The notes beneath the pieces were generated by a model, which worked only from the letters and a program-made list of their open reading frames with translations, did no database searches and was not told the DNA's origin. 59,270 nucleotides of DNA, taken from positions 1 to 59,270 of the forward strand of contig CBFFSA010000047.1 of assembly GCA_965644495.1 (NCBI GenBank). Direction: 5' to 3'. Made by a program: the position numbers and the translations under genes. This document shows positions 11,341 to 23,377 of this stretch, one piece after another. Numbering within the stretch: position 1 is the stretch's first letter; the number at the start of each line of letters is the position of its first letter. This DNA is from Perkinsela sp. CCAP 1560/9. Lineage: Eukaryota; Protista; Euglenozoa: Kinetoplastea.

Positions 11341-12532
11341 GACGATTGCTCTCTCGCAATTTCCCTTGGACTAAATCGTGACAAAGGGAAACGCGACCCG
11401 GAACCAAGAGTCAAAACCTAATCCAATTATAGGGCAACATGATTTTAGCAAGAAACTGATTTTTACTATAGCGAAAATGAGCACGGTTTCATACTCTTCT
11501 TTAATTCTTCTTTAGTTCTGAGATACTCCAATTCTGAGACATAATTCTTTTAGCTGAGCGCAAATTCCTGGTTTCGTCGAATATTTATCGTTTTTCGTTG
11601 CAATGTTAGTTTCATTGTTCGTGCAGTCAATTTCGTATTAAATTTCTGTTCAAGTTGATGCTTACACGCGAGTTTTCAATACATACCTGTAGTACTTATA
11701 ATAATTAAAAGAAAAAACACGTTCAATAGCGGGGTTTGTTTCCTTTCTTATTTAAATATCATAAGCATTCCGGCAGAGGTAAAATGCTCTACAGTGTATA
11801 GTAGTACTTTTACATACGTATTAAACACAAAGTAGTTGTTCTATAGTTTACTTCCAGTAATGAAAGTTTACAAGTATAGTACAAGTATAGCATCACGAAA
11901 TATAGCGTAGAAGGCATAAGATACCTAGAAGATATCTCTTTACGGGGAGTTTGGCGTTACAGCCAGGCAGATCTGAGTGAGATTAGTAACCTTATGGGTT
12001 AATAGTTTATGAAGAATATCGTACATTAGAAGTAGAAGATAGAAATTCGAGAAAGATACGAAAGATACCGTTCTCTTGACGTGCACCGCCACCTTGCTCA
12101 GCTTGCAGTTACGAGACAAACTGCCGCGAGACGAGAATGTTACTTTGCAAGACTGGAAAGCCTCTTGCAGGTCCGCGGCGTGGTTAATGTACTTGAGAAA
12201 CACATTTTAGCCTTGTGCGCAAGTCTAGCGCGTTTCTATCGTGCCTCCACATTACAATCATTTCATGCCGCCCTCGTGTGCTGCCAGGTAGAAGACATGC
12301 CCATAGAGGCATGCTGGACGCAGTCTATTCGGTTTCGTAGACGATAGAGGTGCACTGAAGCTTTGTTTGGATCCCGTGCCCCTGGGATCTGTAACGTTCG
12401 GTCAGTTGCGAACTTTAGCAAGTCACTGCTCTGAGCGAGGTGAAATAGACTATGCCAGAGGTTTTATCGTCGCCTTATACGGGCTGTTGCGACATAGCGA
12501 AATCACTTCATTAAGACGAAGCGATATAGAAT

Positions 12533-13136
12533 GACCGTTCATCGAAGGTGCGGCACCTTCGATGAATCATTCATCTAACGGTTCAAAACTGCTTTTCCGA
12601 GAAAAATCCAAAAAAAATCACCCCCAAAAAAAAGTTCCCCCCCAAAAAATTCAGTTCGCTATATGAGTAAGCGTATTCTTTTTTATGCGTATTCTTTTCT
12701 AGTTTGCGTGTCTGGAGGCAAGGCCCAACTGTTAGCGAAGCCAACTTCTGCGAACAAGGCCCCAGTTTGCGAGCAAGGCCCAACTGTGTGCGAAGCCAAT
12801 TTATGGAGGCGAAAGCCCCCGTTTAAGAGCAAGGCCCAACTGTGAGCGTAGCCCTGGGACAGAAATATATTTTTTGACAAACCGCGCGCTCCCGCGCGCG
12901 GGTCGCGCGCTAAGAACCTGGATGTCTGTCACTTCCGCAGGATTCTGTATTAATTTTGCTCTGCTGCGATACCGAGTTTACGAGTCTGGAGCTATGACCC
13001 AACTCTGAGATTTTGTTTACATGACAGGATTAAATGACGACATTTTTTTTTATTTTTTTCTCGAAAAGCACTTTCAAACCCTTCGATGAAAGATTCATCG
13101 AAGGTGTCGCACCTTCAATGACCGTTCATCGAAGGA
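12533..13136. mobile_element. Foldback/MITE-like element with palindromic long TIRs and internal GCGA(A/G)CAAGGCCC repeats
   Basis: TTCATCGAAGGTG..CACCTTCGATGAA palindromes at both ends; ~80-bp inverted similarity between 12533-12620 and 13045-13125. Confidence 0.7.
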
Positions 13137-13512
13137 CCATACTCTACTTCGGAGCATACTCCTGTGTTTCGAGGACATCGGAGTTTATCGAAGTGGTTTT
13201 GAAAGTTCGAAAAGTTCTGAAAGTTCACTTATCTCCACAATAGGCTAAAGTGTAATATTTATACTGCGTGTAAAACGACAATACGCGTAATTCTTCACTC
13301 GCTGTCAGTATTTCAAGAACGAAACCTTATCATTTCGAGCTTGTACATTTGCATTACCTCTTACTTCGCTCGCTTCACTCATGCAAATGGATTCTCTTCT
13401 AGTCTCTGACAAGTCAGACTGTCTGGTCGAACCAGACTGCTTTCTCCCTCCCTGCGATATCAGGTGAGGCCGTGGAGCGTACGCTACGGATAATGATGTT
13501 TTATGTCCGCTT

Positions 13513-14052
13513 GTGAACGTGGCCGGAATGAAACTTTGTCCTTCACTTTTTAAATATGCTCCTTTCGCGAAAGGAGCGTTGGAACTTCTAAGCAGGGACC
13601 CATTTAAGTCTAATTACGAGGAAAGAAAATTGGAAGAGACACCAAACTCAGAGTGCTTCAGGTCTCACATACAAACGCTAGAGAATGCAAAGGTTCTAGT
13701 GCCCGCCTCGTGGGAAGTGCCTCACGCTATAGGAAATTATATGGCCGCACTCAAGGACCAAACTTACGCTAGAGCCATATTCGACTTGCGATGGACGAAC
13801 GAGCGGATCACCGTAGTCGATTTAGCGTTTCATACCTTAGGCACCAGCGAACTGGTGAGAGCCCTCATTCAATTAGGTAATACTGCCTAATCCAAAATTT
13901 GATTTCTTCACGGGAACATAAAGAATATGTATCAAATACCCATCTCTGCGGCACTTAGTTAGGCATGCTGTATTAGGCAAGGTAAAAGATTATTACGCCC
14001 TACAGTACTTTCTATGGGCTACAAACATGACTGTAGCACTGCACAGTCCATG
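13513..14052 (+). pseudogene. Degenerate DIRS/VIPER/TATE-like reverse transcriptase fragment
   Basis: RAIFDLRWTN; past the stops, FLHGNIKNMYQIP and TVLSMG (LPMG-like) in frame; truncated by a repeat at ~14052. Confidence 0.6.
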
Positions 14053-14663
14053 GGGGGGCATACGTCACGATTTGTTTTTCGAATTTTTCGCTTCTGAAAA
14101 TCGAGCGCACGGAAGTAGTAGGGTATGCCGCGGCGATGATTTTCGCGATGAATCAAGGCGGGTGATAAAATCGCGAAAAAAGGGGGGGTATGGTCGATGA
14201 AAGGAATACTCATGATTTTCATTTTCGCCAGGGGGTGTGATTAGACGAGTCGTTAGGTCCAGTAACTCTACATCTAAGATTGTTGGGTTCGATTCCCACG
14301 GAGGTACTTTTCGTCCGGCTACACAGGGATTAGCTAAGAAGCTTGGGTCCACGATATCTGAACGGATTGGTCCATTTTTCAATCCCACCCAATAGCATGT
14401 GCGTTGGACGCGACTTGTAGTTTTTTTACACGAACTACATGCAGCACGAACGTCGTTAGTGGGAAGCAAGTTGCGAAGTCGAAGGAGTGGTAGGGTGAGG
14501 AGCGCAACGATGATGCGGATACCACTAAAAGAAAGCGACAACGCACTTTCGAATCTAGTGGGTATAAGATGCACGATATTGATGATTGGTTGTTATCGTT
14601 TCATTGATGTTGAAATTTATTGCGGTCAATGCATAACCGGATTTCCTTATTTACGGAATTTCT

Positions 14664-14926
14664 TAATTTCGGTTCCTCTCTAATTACGGCTCCCCCTAAT
14701 TACGGTTTCTCTTTAATTACGGTTCCTCTTTAATTACGGTTCCTCTCTAATTACGGCTCCCCCTAATTACGGTTTCTCTCTAATTACGGTTCCTCTCTAA
14801 TTACGGTTCCTCTCTAATTACGGTTCCTCTCTAATTACGGTTCCTCTCTAATTACGGTTCCTCTCTAATTACGGTTCCTCTCTAATTACGGTTCCTCTCT
14901 AATTACGGTTTCTCTCTAATTACGGT
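14664..14926. repeat. 17-bp minisatellite (TAATTACGGTTCCTCTC), ~15 copies
   Basis: Direct head-to-tail units with no spacers. Confidence 0.95.
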
Positions 14927-16082
14927 TAACCGATTTAAGGTTAAAATTCTCGGCACTGGTGGAATAACCGTAAAACAGCGTTCCAAGGACCTGAAATCGC
15001 CGATCCACGAGAGTGCGCTTTGTCTGGCGCCTCGTTTTCGTGAGAATCAACAGTCATTAAATGGATGAAGGGAACTACGCCGCGTACACTATACGCAGTC
15101 CAATGCCCTGCATGGAAGGGCCACGAGTGTGCGCTTTGTCCGGCGCCTCATTTTCGTGAGAACCAGCAGTCATGGAATGGATGAGGGGAACTAAAAATAA
15201 AGTCTCAATGATTTCCAGAAATGAAAATGTTAGAAATTTACACCATATTTACTCTACCTTTTTGGTCAAAAAAATTGGTCAATTTTTTTCGGACATTTTT
15301 TTTTCAAAACAGCACTATAAGTGTTCTAAATTGATATTTTGAAAGCTCTATGTCTAGTACCCTCTCTATTCCCTAGTTTTAGTAAACACCTCTACATTAT
15401 TAAGATCAGACCCTCTAACCCCAAACAGGGGGAGTACATAGAACGATGTAATATCAAAAGAGAAGACAACCCCACAATATGTGCAACACAATCTATTCCG
15501 TCCCTATTAGACTTCGAAACGTGTTGCAAAACAATGGAAGCCATTCCAGATACTACACCCCCCCTGCTTGCGAGTTCCCCCAATTCTGGTACGCTTATCA
15601 GTTCCTTTTTCTAAGGCGAATGTTTTTGTACCCCAAAAAGAATTTGTACCCACTTTTCGCGAAGCGATTTTTTTTGGACTGAACAAAAATTCATAATTTT
15701 CCCAACTATTGTACGTCAGGCTGCTGTACAGACTAGTTCTTTACCCTCATAGTTAACTTTTGGACACAAATTCCGTTTTTTGTTTCATTTTTCATAGGCA
15801 AAAAAATGTCATTTTTAATTTTGGTAAACTTTCGGGTCATCCATGGGGCACCTGGGGTCTATGAAAAAAAAGCGGCAATGCTCTTCGATAGGGGAACAAG
15901 ATCTCTCCAATGTGGCAAAGATGAGCAAAAACGGATATAGAAAATCAAAATTCCGAGGGGGGGCAAGATCAACTGAAACCACTGTACATCTGATACGCGA
16001 ACTAGAATGAGAAGTACGCGTATTTCAGTATACTGATATTATACGTAGGGACTACAGGTAAGGGGCCGCGGGAATAGAAAAA

Positions 16083-16748
16083 CTATTCATAAATCACAAT
16101 TTTCGTCTCCAAGAAGGATTGTGCAATTTGGAACTTTCCTCCAAGTTTAGGAGGCATTTTATCCAATATTACTCTACCTTCTAGGAGTTTGTTATCTCTT
16201 AACTTGAGTGTAGAAAGATTTTCCGGGAGGTACGACAAGTCCACGCTTCCAACAAAATTATTTCCCTTCAGATACAAGCTTACTAGAGTAGCGGGAAGAG
16301 ACCGCAGGTCAATTGTCCCCGTCAAAAAATTGCTGCTGACGTCAAGGTATTTTAGACCAGGAGGCAATTGAGTAAGACACACGTCCCCTGATAATCTGTT
16401 ACTTTCCATTCATGCTGAAGTCATACGTCTGGGGAAAACAGTAAGATCTGGATTTCCTGTAAAAAGATTCCCACCGAGAAACAAACCAGCAAGATTTGAA
16501 AGCGGGGAGAGGTCACAAAGGTCGGTTCGTTCTCCAGACAGCGAGTTTTCTTCAATATCAAACTCCATAACGGAGCTCCATAACGCAGCTTTGCATGCTA
16601 TACCTTTCCATTCACAAGCAGGTGTCAGTGAACTCCAACTTTGGTGTTGCGGGTGTATTCCACTAATGAGTCGTTCCAGCCCCATCTCTTGCGGTAGATT
16701 TGAGCCAGAGACCTTGGCCGCACGCGACTTGTGTCTCACGGAATCCAT
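16083..16748 (-). pseudogene. LRR pseudogene, recent duplicate of 9181-9909
   Basis: Near-identical sequence; TGG>TGA at 16410-16412 and a net 63-bp internal deletion. Confidence 0.9.
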
Positions 16749-17014
16749 TGTAAAGTTCTACGAAATGGAGAAGAACGATTGTCCGAAAAAACATATTGAA
16801 AGCTGTTATTTAAAAAGACTGTTTTACAAAATATTTTTTGTCGCGTGATAGGCTGATGTCAAAGAAAGTGCTCTATAATGGGAGCGAAGGACATTTTTGT
16901 TCGTTTGCAGAGTTAATGAGCAAACACATAAACAGATGTGGGACTGTAGATGTACATATCTGTATTCCAAAGGGGAACATAGATTAACTAAACAAAACGC
17001 TGTATAACCCATCA

Positions 17015-17347
17015 TTAGTCCTGCTCTTTCGGTTTTTTCTTCCACACCTTTTCCCATTTTTGTATCGCCTCCTCATCTTTAAATGGGGCACGATACGCCG
17101 CCCACTGCCGATATCGCACCCACACATTGCCCCACGATAGAGCACATGCATCCACAATATTTTTGCCTTCCATTCTGGCCTCCTGTAAGCATTTTCGGTG
17201 ATCCTCCTGGGCTTGTGTAAGCAGTGCAACTAAGGCATCGGAGGGTTTCATGTTATTTTGCTCCTCTTTCGAGACACCTCGCAAACCACCATCTACCGGA
17301 TCGGGATAAAGCCGCGGATTCGTCTCGTCGATTTGACTGATTGGCAT
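17015..17347 (-). CDS. Hypothetical small protein (110 aa)
   Basis: Clean ATG-stop ORF on the cluster strand with protein-like composition. Confidence 0.65.
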   Translation of the reverse strand: MPISQIDETNPRLYPDPVDGGLRGVSKEEQNNMKPSDALVALLTQAQEDHRKCLQEARMEGKNIVDACALSWGNVWVRYRQWAAYRAPFKDEEAIQKWEKVWKKKPKEQD

Positions 17348-17772
17348 TACAACGAAGGACGAATTGTCTGAATGAAGAAAAGATGATTTAACACAAACTA
17401 TTTAACAAGAAAAGTGCGATTACTTTTTATGTAGAACACCGAAGCGTTATTCTTTTGTCGCTTTTAGTCCTAGTAGGAAAAGTAATACAAACATCCCGAA
17501 CAACACCTATTTACAACGGAAAGAGTCTTTAAGACTAACAAAAAGAATATTATTAAAAGTAAGCAAAGCAAGAAATACAATGAAACGATGTTCAAAATAA
17601 TCCAGGATAGTAAGGCATGCTTTCTAGTGCAAAAATCGATTTACAACAAAACAGAATGTACGAAAAGGTTTCCTAAAGAATTACAGCATCTGCATTACAT
17701 CCAAAGCAAAATGAGCTCGCAATAAATGGGCTTGCGATAAAAGAAGCCAACTGCCCTTCATCCCCATCTGGG

Positions 17773-20700
17773 CTAGTCATACAGCGCAAATACCTCACAT
17801 TGAATAATGTGAAACTCATTTCTCACACAGCCCTGCACAAGGGGAGGGCTGCAAAAGGAGGGACAGCACTCCGTGGTGCCGGTGTGGAGGTCAGCGGCGA
17901 GACACAGGGCTGGACCGTAGCACGTTCCCTTCTCACTCACCTCCACACCACGGCTGTTACACGGTTGTTCGGTTTCCACTACCTCCTTATGGGGTAACCC
18001 TCCCGAAGCCTGCGCCTTCACAGCGCTGATGATGTTTGTGTTCACATCAGAACAAGCACCTAATTCTTGTTTGAAGATTGTCTTAATAGATTGGTTATCT
18101 TGTGAGATGCATGGCGTCTCACTCGGTCCCGTCATATCCTTCGCGGGATCTACAAGATTGGCTCCACAGGAGTCTTTGTCTTGCGAGATGAATTCTGTCT
18201 CACCAGGATAAATATTATCCTTTGTTAGATTGGCTCTACAAGAGTCGTTTTCCTCTTGTGAGATGAATTCACCAGGACGCCTCATGTCCTTTGCTCGACT
18301 TGACCCACAAGAGTCTTTTTTATCCTGTGAGGGGAGTCGATGCAACGAAGGGGATGGTGTTCCCCGGGAGCTGTGCTTTCCAATGGAAAGGGTTTGAGGG
18401 GCGCATCGAAGCACCCCGGGCTCTGCCGCAACAAAGCGCTGCGCATGAGGAAAAAGGGTAAAGACTAAACCGTGTTCTGGAAAGGAACCTTTTTCGGGTG
18501 GGATGGGCCTTGGAGAATCTAAGCAAAAGGGAGAGGATGGAGAGGGCGTGTCGATGGGTTTCTGGGGTCGGGGCAGAGGCGAACGTGCAGGGCTGAGACT
18601 GGGATTATGAGGGCTTCGGGTCAGGGAACACTCAAAGGTTCCAGGAAGGATGGCGCCGATAAGAACCCGACGGGTTTTAGGAGGAACGGTTTCTTTTTTG
18701 GAATTTGAGTCGTGTTCGGATGGCTCCAAGATTCTTTCAGTAGAACTCGGTTTTGTTGCGTCTTCTGTTGTTTCCAAAATTCGGACACCTTTTTCAAAAA
18801 CTCGTGGAGGAGACTTTGGGACGTATGGAAGTGAAGAATCAAACGGGAAAGAAGAAAACTCCGAAGCTGATTTGGATTTCAAATTCTCTGTTTTGTCATA
18901 AGATTTGCTTTCGGTATTCAGATCAGCACGTATCTCCGTATGCTTCGGCGTGGCATGAAGCAAAAGTAACGTACTGACAACTCCTTTCTTTCGAGCTTTT
19001 TTCATACTCTCGTTAAGTGTTTTTATACGCGCGTAAAGTGTATGAAGAGACCATCCATGTACCGATGTGCTGTACGCTAACGCAAGCGTATGGCCACAGG
19101 AAAATCCGAGTGAGTCATACCAGAGCACAAAAAGATCCTCCCAAATCATTGGTGTAGTAAGAATTACGCTTTCTCCCTCAATTTCGGGGCGATTGGAAAT
19201 GGAGAGACGACCAACGCCTCTTCGAAGTTCATCCCAAAGTGTGCTTGCAGATTTTGACGTAAATGAATCGGGATCTCGATGGTAATCGCTGCACGTGCGA
19301 GATGAAGAAACTTTCGAGGAGTGTTGCTCTACGTCTTGATGCTCTTCTAAGGTCAGTAATTCTCGTCGGCTCAATTTCCATTTGTAAGAACGAGTCATGA
19401 AAGTATCCCAGTATTCCTTTGCGAAGGTCTTCTTTTTTGCAAGCTCCAGAAGAGAAGACACAGAGCGACAAGTGGGTAAGTGTTCAGCGAAATCAACTGT
19501 CAGCGTTAGAGCGAAACGAAGTAACACTTTGACACCTTCATTTAAGTACGCATCAAATAGGTGTACCGCATAGTGTAATGGGAAAACCGTCGTAAACATT
19601 GTACACAACAAATGATGCAGCAAATGGGCAAGATCCACACGATGTGCGACAAATAACGATGCAGTGCGAGCGCTTTTATAAGACACTAAGGCTGGAAAGC
19701 TGCACAACGTTTTTGTATAGCTCGTAAAACACACTGGAAGATAATACACTGCTTCGTTTCGCCAAGGCAGCTTCGAGACACGAATCATTCCTACAATACT
19801 CGAAAGAGCCTCCTCGGGAGATAGAAACAAAAGGAGTAAGGAGAGAGCGACGGGTAACATGGGAGCGCAATGTATTTCTGGAAACTTATGTGCCACCACC
19901 CCAAGTAAGAGCTTGAAAATCTTTTCTCCATAACTCGTGAGCCACTTAGCTACCTGGGTAAGATCATGCAATGCAAAACAAGGTGTTTTGCGGGGACAAA
20001 AATCTGGAAATCGTTGCAATAAATTTTCCCAATGATAGGTTTGACTTAGCGCGACATCGAAATAGTGGGGCCGCGTGTCCAGCATTTGCCGGGCTTGTGT
20101 GAGTGTAAGCCAAACCGGCCTGCGAAATACGAAAGGGATCCCATCACGGATTAGTTTTTTCCACTGTACCTCTTTGTAATTCACGACGGGGGCCGTATTT
20201 TTTTCAAATCGTGCTGACCAAATTGCCTTCCGAGCTTCTTCTGTTTCTGAGGCTGTTGCCGGATAGGTCGCAAAAAAGTAGTTCACATCGACTTGAGCAA
20301 CTTGGAGTTGGTGTTCACGTTTAATATTTTGAAGCGAATGAGAAGGAAGAGATCCTTCTTTTACGTCTTCCAAGCTCTGACTAGGCTTACGATGGAAAGG
20401 CATGAGTAGAGAAAACGATCTACGTGGTCGGGTTGCGCAGGAAATTTTCGAGGATTCCTTCTCGACATTTGTTTGAGGGAAAGCAGAAAAATTCTGGATA
20501 TGTTCGTTGTGTTCATCTTTTCTTCGCGGGTTCAGCACACTAGTTTTTCTTCTGGGTTTCGGATACTGTGATTTGATTCCAGGTCCAGGCAGAGATTTCG
20601 AGGAGACGTTGTATTTTAATGCTTCATTTCCCGGCTCTAAATTTGATTCCCACGCGCATGAATGTTCAATCATTTCCCAAACCAATACAATCGAGTTATG

Positions 20701-21480
20701 GACAAAGCACTCAGAAGGAATCACCCAAGAGTTACGTTTCGTCAATCGTACGTAACCTTTGTGTGTGGAATCAAAATAGCGAAGCGCAGACGAAGTTGGT
20801 AGATTGGCTGCTCCATGGAAATTTGTGTTCTCTGCGACACGTGCTGTAAAAGGATCTGTGTTTGAATGATCTTGATCTGTATACAACTTGTCAGAAATTA
20901 CATTTTCAACGCCGGCAAACGAAATCTGACACTCGTTCGAAGATTGCAGCTTACTCCGTAGCAAATGTCTTCGAATGCAGTGCGCGTTGTGGAGATTTTC
21001 ATTCTGGTAGCACAACTCCACATCAAAAATATTTACAACCTTTGGGGTGATATGAAATACTTTATCCGGTTCATGAGATGTGGGCCTTGAAGACGTGATG
21101 AAGCCTGAGTCTTGAATATCTGTGAGCGGGTTTATTCCGGTGGCATTATTTTGATAAAGCCGCGATTGCTGAAACACGTTCAGATATTCCTGCGGACGCT
21201 TAATTTCGATCCAACCAGTGGAATCATTTACGAAAATAGACTGTAGAGGCTGAAAGTGAAGCAGAAGTTCGTCTTCGAAAAGCACGTTAAGGAAGAGGTC
21301 ATGGGATAGTATGTGAGAGGTGGTGGCTGGGTCAAACTGTTCGGATCTCGTGTGCTCTTCTATTTTTGATTCATCAACTGAAATCGATAACGTGCGCTGA
21401 ATCACTCGAACAAAATCTTCGTCGAATTCATCAAATACACGGAGCAAAACGGAAATGTGAATCTCATCTTTGAGAGGCAT
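17773..21480 (-). CDS. Rab-GAP TBC plus TLDc domain protein (TBC1D24/Skywalker-like)
   Basis: KKLIRDGIP..FRRPVWL and FDAYLNEGVKVLLRFAL (TBC); YSTSVHGWSLHTLY and GPAL..DL..GTT..CPSFCSPPL...CEVF (TLDc). Confidence 0.88.
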   Translation of the reverse strand: MPLKDEIHISVLLRVFDEFDEDFVRVIQRTLSISVDESKIEEHTRSEQFDPATTSHILSHDLFLNVLFEDELLLHFQPLQSIFVNDSTGWIEIKRPQEYLNVFQQSRLYQNNATGINPLTDIQDSGFITSSRPTSHEPDKVFHITPKVVNIFDVELCYQNENLHNAHCIRRHLLRSKLQSSNECQISFAGVENVISDKLYTDQDHSNTDPFTARVAENTNFHGAANLPTSSALRYFDSTHKGYVRLTKRNSWVIPSECFVHNSIVLVWEMIEHSCAWESNLEPGNEALKYNVSSKSLPGPGIKSQYPKPRRKTSVLNPRRKDEHNEHIQNFSAFPQTNVEKESSKISCATRPRRSFSLLMPFHRKPSQSLEDVKEGSLPSHSLQNIKREHQLQVAQVDVNYFFATYPATASETEEARKAIWSARFEKNTAPVVNYKEVQWKKLIRDGIPFVFRRPVWLTLTQARQMLDTRPHYFDVALSQTYHWENLLQRFPDFCPRKTPCFALHDLTQVAKWLTSYGEKIFKLLLGVVAHKFPEIHCAPMLPVALSLLLLFLSPEEALSSIVGMIRVSKLPWRNEAVYYLPVCFTSYTKTLCSFPALVSYKSARTASLFVAHRVDLAHLLHHLLCTMFTTVFPLHYAVHLFDAYLNEGVKVLLRFALTLTVDFAEHLPTCRSVSSLLELAKKKTFAKEYWDTFMTRSYKWKLSRRELLTLEEHQDVEQHSSKVSSSRTCSDYHRDPDSFTSKSASTLWDELRRGVGRLSISNRPEIEGESVILTTPMIWEDLFVLWYDSLGFSCGHTLALAYSTSVHGWSLHTLYARIKTLNESMKKARKKGVVSTLLLLHATPKHTEIRADLNTESKSYDKTENLKSKSASEFSSFPFDSSLPYVPKSPPRVFEKGVRILETTEDATKPSSTERILEPSEHDSNSKKETVPPKTRRVLIGAILPGTFECSLTRSPHNPSLSPARSPLPRPQKPIDTPSPSSPFCLDSPRPIPPEKGSFPEHGLVFTLFPHAQRFVAAEPGVLRCAPQTLSIGKHSSRGTPSPSLHRLPSQDKKDSCGSSRAKDMRRPGEFISQEENDSCRANLTKDNIYPGETEFISQDKDSCGANLVDPAKDMTGPSETPCISQDNQSIKTIFKQELGACSDVNTNIISAVKAQASGGLPHKEVVETEQPCNSRGVEVSEKGTCYGPALCLAADLHTGTTECCPSFCSPPLVQGCVRNEFHIIQCEVFALYD

Positions 21481-21816
21481 TTCGGAGTAATTGTTCGAAA
21501 AACAAATCTTCTCTTGAGAGCAAATTTCGTAAAAATGAAAAGAATAGAGATTTCTGAATTATTCCTCTTCTCAATATGATCCTCTATCTCAATACAAAAT
21601 ACTACAAAAGTGCACTTAATCCATTTTCATTCAACAGTATCTTAATCAAACTTATCCAGCTTTAACAGTATCCCTCATGAATTTGTATCCAGAGCTGCTT
21701 TCTTCATTTCTTCCTTTCCACTTCGCTATTTCCACTTCTTCATTGTTTTCTTTATTTCTCAACTTCTCCCTCTTTTATCTCCACCCTTCCTCCCCACCCC
21801 TTCCTTCCCCCTCTCC

Positions 21817-22338
21817 TCACCGTCTTCCTCCTCCCCTCCCTCCTTTCCCTCCCCCCCTCCCCCCTTGTCGAGCATACCCCCCCTGTCCCCTCCCCGCGGC
21901 GGACTGCGGCATCGCCACACTCACCCCCGCCTCCCCCGCCCCCCCGTGCTGTCCCCCGCGCTCCCCCGCCGCGCGCTGCACGGTGCTGGGGCGGGAGCAC
22001 GGCAGCCCCTCGACCATCCTCCACGTCTCCTCATCCACCACGATCCCGGAGGTGGCGGTCTGGTCCACGATGGAGACCTCGGGGACGTAGTCCATCCGCT
22101 TCTCCCGCTCCTCCTCCTGGAGCCTCAGCGAGATGCCGCGGACGGGCCCGAGCGCGATGCGTTTGATCAGGTGGGTGGTGTACCCGGTGATCTTGTTCCG
22201 CAGGCGCCGGGAGGGGATGGTCCCGATGTCGAGGAGGATGCGCTTGTTGGTGTAGTAGTCCCGGGTGAGTTTGGGGTAGTACCGCTCGACAATGAGCCGG
22301 GAGGCACGTTTGATGGTCTTGGTACGGACTTTGCCCAT
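21817..22338 (-). CDS. RPS17: 40S ribosomal protein S17 (eS17) with Gly/RGG-rich C-terminal tail
   Basis: MGKVRTKTIKRASRLIVERYY...LRNKITGYTTHL..RI..GPVRGISLRLQEEERE; true start is the internal ATG at 22338. Confidence 0.97.
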   Translation of the reverse strand: MGKVRTKTIKRASRLIVERYYPKLTRDYYTNKRILLDIGTIPSRRLRNKITGYTTHLIKRIALGPVRGISLRLQEEEREKRMDYVPEVSIVDQTATSGIVVDEETWRMVEGLPCSRPSTVQRAAGERGGQHGGAGEAGVSVAMPQSAAGRGQGGYARQGGRGGGKGGRGGGRR

Positions 22339-22504
22339 GGTGGAGGGGAAAAAAGTAGAGTAGGAAAGAAAGTAAAGAATGTGAAAAAAGGTGCAAAAAT
22401 AGAGGAAGAGAACATTATGGAAAATAAAAGAGTAGAGAACAGAAAATACGAAAAATAGAAAATAGAACGAAAATGCTACCCTGTAAGTTCCACTTCCAGA
22501 ACGT

Positions 22505-23113
22505 TTATTGAAGTGGAGCATACTCTATCCATGATGCAGGAATCTTCCAACATGCTTGAGTAGGCATGTGACTTCGAGCTATCTTTCCACGAAGTCCAGG
22601 ATTCCCCGTTATGTCGAATGCAGCAGTAGGCTTCATAAGAGTCGTGTGCTGCAAACACGAAAGATCCACAAATCCGGTGAATCTACAACTGGATACATTT
22701 AACACATCAATGTTAGGCGGAAGATGGGCAAAGTCTGGCTCCCCTGTAAAAAAATTGTGTTGAAGCCACATGCACGTCAAAGGCTGAGGTAAGGTTGTGA
22801 AGTCAACATCGCCACCCAACCGATTCATCAGCAGCCGGGCTTGTTGTATCGTACGCGGTAAATACAGCCAGTGTAATGTCCCATTCAGTTCGCGTTGACG
22901 CCATCTTAAATCAACTATACTCTTAGATTTGTCACATTCCACGCCGTCCCACTCGCAGGCAGCCGTATGCGTATCCCACGAGAGGTGCGGGTTCCTAACA
23001 TCACGGACAAATTTAGCAAGTTCGTATTCTTGCGGCAGAGCAACGCCCTTTACCTTACCTGCACGTGCTGCTGAGGATGCAACGTCGGCTGCCTCATACA
23101 ATAGGAGTGACAT
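22505..23113 (-). CDS. LRR-family protein (202 aa)
   Basis: KVKGVALPQEYEL..ACEWDGVEC cap plus LRRs; paralog of 26926 and 39991. Confidence 0.9.
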   Translation of the reverse strand: MSLLLYEAADVASSAARAGKVKGVALPQEYELAKFVRDVRNPHLSWDTHTAACEWDGVECDKSKSIVDLRWRQRELNGTLHWLYLPRTIQQARLLMNRLGGDVDFTTLPQPLTCMWLQHNFFTGEPDFAHLPPNIDVLNVSSCRFTGFVDLSCLQHTTLMKPTAAFDITGNPGLRGKIARSHMPTQACWKIPASWIEYAPLQ

Positions 23114-23197
23114 GGATACCTTAATTCTATGGGGATACCATTGATATTAATTTGAACTAGAAAGGTTCTAATTAAAAAAATCTAATTGAATAATGTA

Positions 23198-23377
23198 CTG
23201 CCCCCCCCGTTTAAGTGTACCTCGCTTTCCGTGAAAGGTGCGCTTAAACGGGGGGGGTCTGAATCAGTACATAAAAAAGATTTGGCGCCGCTTCGCGGCG
23301 CCGAAGTCTGCACCTCAACTCTATGTGCGCTTAAACGGGGGCGTCTGACCGGGTGCGCTTAGGGGGAGGGGGGACAG
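23198..23377. mobile_element. 180-bp MITE
   Basis: TA|CTGCCCCCCCC...GGGGGGACAG|TA; internal GGCGCCGCTTCGCGGCGCC hairpin. Confidence 0.75.

Noticed and set aside
14664-14926. CRISPR array
   Set aside because: Head-to-tail 17-bp units without spacers, no cas genes, eukaryotic context.
16410-16412. UGA-to-Trp stop codon reassignment
   Set aside because: Genuine genes such as RPS17 and LRR 26926/39991 end in TGA, and this copy carries another lesion; a simple nonsense mutation explains it.
21677-22458. Plus-strand Pro-rich ORFs, and similar ones at 43793-44501 and 50733-51886
   Set aside because: Antisense shadows of GC-rich minus-strand genes.
22339-22521. Hydrophobic N-terminal extension of RPS17 in the ORF track
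   Set aside because: It is a translated polypyrimidine intergenic tract; the conserved protein starts at MGKVRT.
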